The notes under the pieces are model-generated. The model ran no database searches. It had not been told where the DNA came from and saw nothing but the letters and a program-made list of their open reading frames with translations. 64,000 nucleotides of DNA from Meyerozyma guilliermondii. Its lineage: Eukaryota. Numbering within the stretch: position 1 is the stretch's first letter; each line of letters starts with the position of its first letter. A program made the translations under genes and the position numbers. Location: the NCBI GenBank assembly GCA_051546255.1, contig CP128817.1, positions 1,302,001 to 1,366,000 of the forward strand, written 5' to 3'. Of this stretch, positions 33,830 to 42,345 are shown one piece after another.

Positions 33830-35527
33830 ATGTCCACCTTGCGACGATTTGCTAGCTCCGTCGCTTCAAAACCTTATTATATCACCAGCCCAATCTTCTA
33901 CGTCAATGCCAAACCACATCTAGGCCATCTCTACTCGATGCACTTGTGTGATACTCGGAGTAGATGGGAAAAACTTAAAAACAAAGAGTCATTCTTTGTG
34001 ACTGGAACCGACGAACATGGCCTTAAAATTCAAGCCGTAGCCGAGAAAAGAGGCATATCTCCCAAGACATTGGTGGACGAGGTGTCGTTAAACTTTAAGC
34101 ATCTAGCTGAAAAATTTGATATCCAATACGACAGATTTATTCGAACTACTGATGGTGATCATATAGAGTCTGTGAAACATTTTTGGAAAACAATGAACGA
34201 ACGAGGGCTTATATACAAGGGAACACACAGCGGATGGTATGCTGTAAGTGACGAGACGTTTTATCCTGAATCTCAAATTGAAAAAGTTACTGATTCCAAC
34301 GGCATCTCAAAGATGATATCGAAAGAGACGAAAAATGAAGTAATTTTTCATGAGGAGTCCAACTATTTCTTCCGTCTCTCAAAGTTTCGGGACCGTTTAA
34401 TAAACTACTTGAAAGAAAACCCCCAATTGATCACTCCCAAGAACAAATACGACTCCATCTTGGCAGAATTAGAAGGTGAGAAATTAGAAGATTTGTCAAT
34501 CTCGAGACCCTCATCTCGCTTGCTGTGGGGTATTGAAGTTCCTGGCGACGACACCCAAAGGATTTACGTCTGGTTTGATGCTTTGATAAACTATATCACT
34601 GCTGCAGGCTACCCCAAATCACTCAATGCTCCTACTTCTCCATGGCCAGCCGTCCATGTGATTGGAAAGGATATCGCCCGCTTCCACTGCATCTACTGGC
34701 CCATCTTTCTCATGGCTGCCGACCTTCCTTTACCAAAGCAAATAGTTATACATTCGCATTGGCTTTGCGACGGATTCAAAATGAGCAAAAGTTTGGGTAA
34801 TGTTGTCGATCCTCTAGACACACTTGACTACTACGGCCAAGATGCTTGTCGGTTTTTTTTGAGTGAATATTCAAACATTGAGTCGGACTCCAACTACAGC
34901 GAAAGAGAGTTTCATTTCACCAGAGAAAATCTCATTGGAAAATACGCCAACCTCGTCACAAGGTGCGGAGGACCATCATTCGACATTGAAGAAAGCGTTG
35001 CAATGCTGAAAGAGGGCTCATTCGACAAAATTGAAAGCTTTTGGGAAGATTGTCCGTACGAAAATCCAGCTGCAGTAAAAGATGCTGCTGGTAAACTTAG
35101 AGCTTGTCTCGATAACTTGTATCCTGCTATGGATACTCATTTGGAGAACTTTGACCACATGAAAGCAACTCAAGTTTGGTGGGAAGCAATAGAAGCAGGC
35201 AACCAATTGTTTCAACTTGGCCAGCCTTGGATTTTTACCAAGGAAATGAAAAACGAAAATTTGCAACCTGAGAAAAGAGAAACGTCCAAACTAGTTCAGA
35301 GTTTCCTTGTGTATATGGCTGCGGAGACATGTCGTATCGGTTCCATTTTAATGGGTCCAATCATGCCCCATCTCTCACACAAAATTCTCGACCGTTTGGG
35401 TGTTTCTATGCAGAAAAGAACAGCCCAGTATGCCAGCGTTGGCCAAGACTCTACCTACGGTCACGGTGCGAACGATAAAGGTAAAAAGTTGCCAATAGAA
35501 AGGATAAAGATGAGAGAATCCATGTAA
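33830..35527 (+). CDS. MSM1: Mitochondrial methionyl-tRNA synthetase
   Basis: PIFYVNAKPHLGH, YVWFDAL and KMSKS motifs, with a short presequence MSTLRRFAS. Confidence 0.95.
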   Translation: MSTLRRFASSVASKPYYITSPIFYVNAKPHLGHLYSMHLCDTRSRWEKLKNKESFFVTGTDEHGLKIQAVAEKRGISPKTLVDEVSLNFKHLAEKFDIQYDRFIRTTDGDHIESVKHFWKTMNERGLIYKGTHSGWYAVSDETFYPESQIEKVTDSNGISKMISKETKNEVIFHEESNYFFRLSKFRDRLINYLKENPQLITPKNKYDSILAELEGEKLEDLSISRPSSRLLWGIEVPGDDTQRIYVWFDALINYITAAGYPKSLNAPTSPWPAVHVIGKDIARFHCIYWPIFLMAADLPLPKQIVIHSHWLCDGFKMSKSLGNVVDPLDTLDYYGQDACRFFLSEYSNIESDSNYSEREFHFTRENLIGKYANLVTRCGGPSFDIEESVAMLKEGSFDKIESFWEDCPYENPAAVKDAAGKLRACLDNLYPAMDTHLENFDHMKATQVWWEAIEAGNQLFQLGQPWIFTKEMKNENLQPEKRETSKLVQSFLVYMAAETCRIGSILMGPIMPHLSHKILDRLGVSMQKRTAQYASVGQDSTYGHGANDKGKKLPIERIKMRESM

Positions 35528-36234
35528 ATAGCGTCAATGAATATACTGCATATAAAACACTCGACTGGTGTATTGTTGATTTCAATTTTGATCCAAGTGT
35601 TGCAACTATGAGCAAAATGGCTGCAAATTTGAGGTTGCGAGCTGCCGGTTCTCTTATCAAGATGGCTAGAAGCTCCAAAAGACAATGTAGTTACTTTCGT
35701 TTATTTTGGCAGATTTTTGATCCAGAGCCAAGCAGGTCACTCCTGCCACCTGTCAGAGCATAAACCGAAATTTTTGAACCCAAAAGTTCGCTACATGCTA
35801 CACTATTGTCAATTCGTTCTACACAAAATCATTAAGTGGAGCGGGAAAAGCCAGCGCGTTTTCGCTTCTGCCTAACATTTTCCGGCATACAACCTAGAAT
35901 CAGTGCGATTCTGAGCTCGAAGAATACCCGGCTAGTATATACTCCAATACCTAAGAAGTTGTATCTCAACAAATTCGTCACGATACTACTTACTTTTGCA
36001 TTAAGGGCCTCAGAAAGACCAGAGTGATACCCCTAAAGCATCAGGACTAATAAATTCTATTTTGGCGAGAAGTTGAGTAACGACTTCTTCACCCACAATC
36101 AAATTCTGTTGTCTATCAGCAGTTTCCTGCTTTGCTGATAAGCTTGCCCCGATTCAACTGCTATTACTAAGAGCTTCGGCTCTCTTATTACCATTCTTGT
36201 GACTCTCAATTACGACCCTCAAAAATACAAAGAC

Positions 36235-39200
36235 ATGTCCAGGCGCCGAAATGGACGCCAGTTACTGGGCAGCGAGTCTGATTCAGAAGGGTATAACATG
36301 CGTCCCAGACGAGCCATTCGATACGAAGAGTCTCTGCTGAATGAGGATTTAGAAGGTGAGATTGACGCTCCAAAAAGAACCACCAGACGAGCCCGACTGA
36401 GAGTAAAAGACGACGATGATGAAGTCGAGGATGAAGAGCTTTCAGCATTGGATGACGAGATTCTGGGTGTGAAGCCAGTAAGACGCTCAAAGCGCGGTAA
36501 AGTTGAAGAACCAGACGATTCGGACTTTCATTCATCAGATGAAATATCGGAAATTTCTGATGATTTTCTTCAACGAGAACAAGAAAATGCATTTGTGGCT
36601 TCTGACGACGATGGTGCCGACTATGGGTACGGAAAACGCAGAAAACGAAGAAAAACAGCATCCCGTTCCAAGTCTGGAACCCCAGAGACAAGAGGCAGAA
36701 GACGCCAATTACGATCTGCAAAAGTGTCGGATCTGGACTCCGACGCCAACATCGAGGATTCACCGGTTGAAGAAGATGACACAATTAGGGAGGAGATAAA
36801 CGACCTCTTTGATTCTCCGGAAGCATCACCAGTTCGTCACAACTTGCGTCAGAGACAAGTGAAAGTGGATTACACTATTCCTCCACCAATTACGAATGAT
36901 GCTGAGCTTGCAAATCTCTCCGCTCTGCCAGAAAGAGGCAGACCAAGACGTCAGAACATCAACAAAAATGAGTACCGAAAACTACTTTTTCCAACTGCTG
37001 GCCCCTTTGGTGGAAGTGATGTTGTACCTTTGTTTGGCAAAGGTGTTTCTGGTTCCACTGGCCTTCAAGGAAATATACCAATAGGGCAGATGTCCGACTC
37101 CGACTCTTCAGACGATGAAATAAAACCTATTAATGGCACAAATTCGGGACATTCATCATCACTCATAAATAATACCAAGCTAATCACCGGTGGTACTAAC
37201 GAGGCTAAAGGTGCTAAGAAGAACAATTTAAGTGATACGGATCCTCTCGGTGTCGACATGAATATAGACTTTTCAGCCGTTGGTGGTTTGGATAGCTATA
37301 TTGACCAGCTCAAAGAAATGGTCACCCTTCCTCTCCTCTACCCAGAGTTATATCAGAATTTCAACATCTCGCCTCCTAGGGGTGTCTTGTTTCATGGACC
37401 ACCGGGAACAGGAAAGACATTGATGGCGAGAGCCCTAGCTGCAACTTGCTCGACTTCCACACGAAAAATTACATTCTTCATGAGAAAAGGTGCCGATGCA
37501 TTAAGTAAATGGGTTGGTGAGGCAGAACGTCAACTTCGTTTGCTCTTTGAAGAAGCAAAAAAGCAACAGCCATCGATCATTTTCTTTGATGAGATTGATG
37601 GTTTAGCACCAGTACGGTCCTCCAAGCAAGAGCAGATTCACGCAAGTATTGTTTCTACTTTACTTGCTTTGATGGATGGTATGGATAATCGAGGTCAGGT
37701 TATTGTTATAGGAGCGACAAATCGTCCTGATTCTATAGACCCTGCTTTGAGGAGACCTGGACGTTTTGACAGAGAGTTCTACTTCCCGCTTCCCGACGAG
37801 AAAGCTAGAGCACAGATATTACGGATTCAAACGAAGAAATGGAATCCGCCGTTGTCTGATGAATTCATCAATAAAGTTGCCGGTCTTACAAAGGGCTATG
37901 GGGGAGCTGATTTACGAGCTTTGTGTGTGGAAGCTTCCTTGATGAGTATACAAAGAAAGTATCCCCAGATATACCAAACTTCTGATAAACTTCAGGTTGA
38001 TCCATCAAAGGTAAAAGTTGTTGCCAAAGACTTTATGAAAGCGATAGATAAAATTGTTCCATCGAGTGCCCGGCTGACAGCATCCGGTTCAGCGCCTTTG
38101 CCAGATAATTTACTTCCTTTGTTGGAAGGTACATTCAATGAAATCAAGTCAAAATTGGAAGTTTTGCTTCCAGATGCTTCGGCGCTGAGGTCAAACAAAA
38201 AGACGGATCTTGAAGAAGCAATGTACCTAGACCCTACTGTGAACGATGAAGACGGAGGATTTGGGCGGCAGAACCTTTTGAAGAACCTTGAAGACTCCCG
38301 AATTTGCAAGCCTCATTTGTTGATCAGTGGACTACCCGGAAATGGCCAACAGTACCTTGGCCCAGCAATTCTAAATCACTTAGAAGGCTTTCAAATACAG
38401 CTTTTAGATTTGGGAACCGTTTTTGGTGATGTTACTCGAACCCCAGAACTGGCAATTGTTCAGGCATTTATCGAAGCAAGAAGACATCAGCCATCCATAT
38501 TGTTTTTACCTAACATTGATGTATGGTATCTGGTTATGCCATATTCTGCCAGAGCGACTTTGGCAAGTTTGCTTAGAGGCCTTAAAAGCACGGAGAAAGT
38601 TTTACTATTGGGGATTTCCGAAACTCCCAGCTCGGAACTCGATCACGATATCAATTTGATATTTGGTTTTGAGAGCCCTCAAAACAATGTACATATTGAC
38701 GTTCCATCGAGAGAATCAAGAATTCGCTTTTTCAAAATCTTGAAAGAAGCGATTAAGATGCGCCCATTCGAGTTCATTAATGATTTTGAAAATCGCCCAA
38801 AGAGAAAATTGAAAAAGCTCAAAGTTGTCAGCACAGAAAGCAATGTGAGCAATGATGTTATCGACAAGAAGAGGTCCCGACAGATAGAATATGAAGATAC
38901 AAAGTTGAAAAACTTGTTGAAAATCAAGTTGGCTGGTTTGATGGATTTGTTCAAAACGAGATACAAGCGATTCAGAAAGCCGATAATTGATGAGAATCTT
39001 TTGTATCATTTGTTCGAACCTTCAGTTTTGGAAGATACTACGACCCCGTATGAAGTCTTATACACGAGATCCGAAGATCCAGAACACGAAAACATGATTC
39101 GAGAAGTTAGTACTGGAAGGTACTATTACAATATGGATCTTGACATAATAGAAGAACGTCTCTGGAACGGATACTATTCGGAACCGAAGCAGTTTGTGAA

Positions 39201-39927
39201 AGACATCCGTATGATTCTCAAGGACTCCATAACGTCAGAGGACCGTGAGAGACTGTTAAAAGCAAATGAAATGTTGACCAATGCTGAGGTTGCCATTGAT
39301 GAGTTTAGTACTCCAGATTTCTTGGCTTCATGCAAAGAAATGAGAGAAAGGGAAAAGCAAAAGCAAGAGAGAATGGCTAAAGAGTATGAGGCCAAAGAAG
39401 AGGAAAATTTGAAAGAGATCAATAAGGAGATACCAAATGGAGAAAGTGAACCACATGACTCAACAAAAGAAGAGAGTGATGTGGTGAATGAGACAGAGAA
39501 AACGGTCAATGGAGAAGCCGAGAAAGAAGACGTATCGAAAGAAGTTCCAGAAGCAGGAGTGTCAAAAGAGGCTGAACTTTCCGAAGAAGTTCAAGAGAAG
39601 CAATTGCCTAATGTCAATAATGGCGATACCAAAGAAACTGAACCAGATGTGGTAATGGAAGCCACCAATAAAGACGACGAAGAAGAAACATCAGCGTCTG
39701 AAGCAGAGGAGGAAATCTTCAACGACGAGCTGCGTCAAGTCGAAGTAGGGTCAAATTTTGACGATTTCTTTGAAAATGAGTTGCCCAATGTCACAGAGAA
39801 TTTCAGTGTTGAGAAGCTTGAGCTCTTAAATGCTCGACTCATGGACATCATATGGAACTCTCGAAAAGAATGGGACAAGACGTCTACAATGGACAATCTT
39901 GCTGCGACTGCCAAACGGTTTGCGTAG
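36235..39927 (+). CDS. YTA7: AAA+ ATPase/bromodomain chromatin segregase Yta7 (ATAD2)
   Basis: Acidic N-terminus, GPPGTGKT, FFDEIDG, PALRRPGRFDRE and a non-canonical bromodomain (YNMDLDIIEERL). ATG at 36235. Confidence 0.95.
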   Translation: MSRRRNGRQLLGSESDSEGYNMRPRRAIRYEESLLNEDLEGEIDAPKRTTRRARLRVKDDDDEVEDEELSALDDEILGVKPVRRSKRGKVEEPDDSDFHSSDEISEISDDFLQREQENAFVASDDDGADYGYGKRRKRRKTASRSKSGTPETRGRRRQLRSAKVSDLDSDANIEDSPVEEDDTIREEINDLFDSPEASPVRHNLRQRQVKVDYTIPPPITNDAELANLSALPERGRPRRQNINKNEYRKLLFPTAGPFGGSDVVPLFGKGVSGSTGLQGNIPIGQMSDSDSSDDEIKPINGTNSGHSSSLINNTKLITGGTNEAKGAKKNNLSDTDPLGVDMNIDFSAVGGLDSYIDQLKEMVTLPLLYPELYQNFNISPPRGVLFHGPPGTGKTLMARALAATCSTSTRKITFFMRKGADALSKWVGEAERQLRLLFEEAKKQQPSIIFFDEIDGLAPVRSSKQEQIHASIVSTLLALMDGMDNRGQVIVIGATNRPDSIDPALRRPGRFDREFYFPLPDEKARAQILRIQTKKWNPPLSDEFINKVAGLTKGYGGADLRALCVEASLMSIQRKYPQIYQTSDKLQVDPSKVKVVAKDFMKAIDKIVPSSARLTASGSAPLPDNLLPLLEGTFNEIKSKLEVLLPDASALRSNKKTDLEEAMYLDPTVNDEDGGFGRQNLLKNLEDSRICKPHLLISGLPGNGQQYLGPAILNHLEGFQIQLLDLGTVFGDVTRTPELAIVQAFIEARRHQPSILFLPNIDVWYLVMPYSARATLASLLRGLKSTEKVLLLGISETPSSELDHDINLIFGFESPQNNVHIDVPSRESRIRFFKILKEAIKMRPFEFINDFENRPKRKLKKLKVVSTESNVSNDVIDKKRSRQIEYEDTKLKNLLKIKLAGLMDLFKTRYKRFRKPIIDENLLYHLFEPSVLEDTTTPYEVLYTRSEDPEHENMIREVSTGRYYYNMDLDIIEERLWNGYYSEPKQFVKDIRMILKDSITSEDRERLLKANEMLTNAEVAIDEFSTPDFLASCKEMREREKQKQERMAKEYEAKEEENLKEINKEIPNGESEPHDSTKEESDVVNETEKTVNGEAEKEDVSKEVPEAGVSKEAELSEEVQEKQLPNVNNGDTKETEPDVVMEATNKDDEEETSASEAEEEIFNDELRQVEVGSNFDDFFENELPNVTENFSVEKLELLNARLMDIIWNSRKEWDKTSTMDNLAATAKRFA

Positions 39928-39982
39928 CTACAGTGTAACAATTATGTACGTAGATTCTAATATTATACAGCATCTTTTTTGC

Positions 39983-40321
39983 CTAGTCTTCAGCACTGCC
40001 ATCTCTTGGTCTATAGATTACATTTTGTTCAGCCAAGTCACTGATTATATGAGGTGGAAGTTTACCAGTCACCTTCACAGCGTACAATCCAGGGACAAAC
40101 GAGTCTATTCTTAGCCACCTGGCCACCCATGATTTCTTGTTATCGTCACCTAAAGCCACCAAACCTTCGAAAGAAGGCGATGTACAATCTTGGACTTGGT
40201 TGTCTTCATTATCCTGATAATGTAAGACACTTTCACAGTTGGGACACCCACGATCAATAAAGTGCCTGAAAGGCTGTATTATCCCACAGAGCATACATGC
40301 TCTATCTGACCTTGACGACAT
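39983..40321 (-). CDS. SPT4: Transcription elongation factor Spt4
   Basis: [28 protein letters not shown] and YRPRDGS motifs. Confidence 0.96.
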   Translation of the reverse strand: MSSRSDRACMLCGIIQPFRHFIDRGCPNCESVLHYQDNEDNQVQDCTSPSFEGLVALGDDNKKSWVARWLRIDSFVPGLYAVKVTGKLPPHIISDLAEQNVIYRPRDGSAED

Positions 40322-40431
40322 TCTTTAGTTGGTGAATTCGCTGGTGAATTTCGCTGGTGAAAGTTCGCTGGAGTTGAGAAAATCAAAATTGTCGCACAAA
40401 CTTTTGATTCTTGCATGGCAATATAGAACTA

Positions 40432-41424
40432 ATGTTCCGTTCCAAAATCGCAGTAGGAACGGGAATTTCTCGCAAAGCAACACGAATAGCTTCCAAGAGA
40501 ACACTTTATGACTTACCTCTGGTTGTGGATGGGTTAACGACATCATTACAAACTATTCATGGTTATACGGGGCTTCCATGGTGGGCATTTATTCCCATAA
40601 CGACGTTTTCAATACGTGCTGCTATCACATTACCATTGGCTATTATTCAGAGGAAAAGAATTGCTAAGCAGAGTAAACTTAGACCGCTTGTGAGTGCAAC
40701 TACACCAGTTTTAAAACTTAATTTAGCTAAAAAAGTGCAAAAGGCTCAAAAGGAAATAGAAAGAGCGGATGCAGTTCTGAACCCATCAGTAATACTCCTG
40801 AAAAGTCCGTTATCATCTATGAAATATGAAGAGATACTATTGCTCGCAGCAAAGGAAACTCGCAAAAGACAGAAAGCTCTTTTCAAACGTCATGGTGTTC
40901 AAATCTGGAAAAACTTTACGCTTCCAGCAATTCAGATTCCGTTGTGGGTCGGAATGTCGTTGTCCATGCGTAATTTGAGTGGCTGGTCGACGTGGGATGT
41001 GTTGAAAAACCAGGCTCTTGATCCGTCATTATATACCGAAGGAGCATTGTGGTTCACTGATCTCACCTGTTCTGATCCCATGCATGTATTCCCACTTGTG
41101 TTGGGAGTCATATCTCTATGCAATGTGGAATGGACATTCAAAACTATCCAGCTTCTGATAATTAGCCGCAAACGAGCTTTCAGATCGTCGCTTACTGACG
41201 CTATGGCCAATGTTTCTCGTATGGCAGTCGTGTTCATGATGGCCATTTCCTTGCATGCACCGGTATCCCTAGTGTTATACTGGTTTAGCTCTCAGCTATT
41301 TTCATTGATTCAAAATATCATTATGGATGTGACAATGCCAATAAGTTTCACTCCAAACAAACGCTTCAACTACAAAACATCTAAAGGTCAAGACTCATTG
41401 CCAATAGTCAAGCCATTGCTTTAA
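40432..41424 (+). CDS. COX18: Mitochondrial Oxa1-family insertase Cox18
   Basis: HGYTGLPWWAFIP, QIPLW, LWFTDLT and LYWFSSQLFSLIQN motifs. ATG at 40432. Confidence 0.9.
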   Translation: MFRSKIAVGTGISRKATRIASKRTLYDLPLVVDGLTTSLQTIHGYTGLPWWAFIPITTFSIRAAITLPLAIIQRKRIAKQSKLRPLVSATTPVLKLNLAKKVQKAQKEIERADAVLNPSVILLKSPLSSMKYEEILLLAAKETRKRQKALFKRHGVQIWKNFTLPAIQIPLWVGMSLSMRNLSGWSTWDVLKNQALDPSLYTEGALWFTDLTCSDPMHVFPLVLGVISLCNVEWTFKTIQLLIISRKRAFRSSLTDAMANVSRMAVVFMMAISLHAPVSLVLYWFSSQLFSLIQNIIMDVTMPISFTPNKRFNYKTSKGQDSLPIVKPLL

Positions 41425-41508
41425 CTTATCATAAAAAATGTACATAGCTACGCCCGTAACACCGCGAAATACCCCAGATTTCCTATTTCAGACCTTCAAG
41501 GTTCAGCT

Positions 41509-42345
41509 ATGCAAGATATCGATTACGTTGTAGAAGCTTCCCACGCTCTCTATGACACAATTACTGAAGAATTGTCACTACAAAGCACTAAAAAGTACAA
41601 CAATGACTCCATGACCCTAGCACAACTCGATGATTGGCGAAGAAACAAATTGCCAGATATATTGAAAGATCGTTACCAGCGACAAAATAGTTGCTGGCTC
41701 CAGAAAGAAGAGCTTGTTCTACTCATGGACTGGAAATTGACCAAGGGAAAATATCGTCCTACCCTTCCAAGCTTGATAAAATCAAACTCTGATGATTCAG
41801 TAGTAGAAATTACCAAGGAAGGATTTCATATATTACTCTCATATGTTGAGAAAATTGAAGTTGACCAATTTTGGAAAAACCTCGAAGCAGACTCGAAAAA
41901 AGAGTATTTGGAGATAGTAAAGAAAGCATGTGACCAGTTTTGCAAGTTACGAGGCGTGGGTCCTGCTACAGCAAGTTTAATTTGCTCACTTACTACCAAT
42001 ATTAATGAAGTGTTAGCACCACCTTTTTTCAGCGATGAGAGCTTTATGTTCTATATATTGGAGCCTTTGCGGCCCGAAACAAAGATAAAGTACAACATCA
42101 AAGAGTATATTGAAGAGTTGGTTTCGTTGTACGCCGATATTTTGAAAACCAGAACCCACGTGAAATCTATGAATGTCTTGGAAAATGGAGGTTGGAGCCT
42201 CAAGATGCATGATATCTACAAATTCGACAAACTCAGCAATGTGAAATTACCCTCCAAGCTCGAAAAAGCACCGGGCAAGTTTCCATCTCTGGAAATAACT
42301 CGGCTCACAATTGAGACGTCTCGTAAGAAACGCAAACTCAACTAA
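41509..42345 (+). CDS. Uncharacterised helix-hairpin-helix protein with a C-terminal NLS-like stretch
   Basis: LMDWKLTKGKYRPTL, LRGVGPATAS and PFFSDE motifs. Ends SRKKRKLN. Confidence 0.8.
   Translation: MQDIDYVVEASHALYDTITEELSLQSTKKYNNDSMTLAQLDDWRRNKLPDILKDRYQRQNSCWLQKEELVLLMDWKLTKGKYRPTLPSLIKSNSDDSVVEITKEGFHILLSYVEKIEVDQFWKNLEADSKKEYLEIVKKACDQFCKLRGVGPATASLICSLTTNINEVLAPPFFSDESFMFYILEPLRPETKIKYNIKEYIEELVSLYADILKTRTHVKSMNVLENGGWSLKMHDIYKFDKLSNVKLPSKLEKAPGKFPSLEITRLTIETSRKKRKLN

Noticed and set aside
35550..35790. Telomerase RNA or spliceosomal snRNA (ACTGGTGTA, pseudoknot-like pairing, Sm-like AATTTTTG)
   Set aside because: The template-like match is only 9 nt and lies on the wrong side of the pseudoknot-like region. 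No U1/U2/U4/U5 signature sequences are present.
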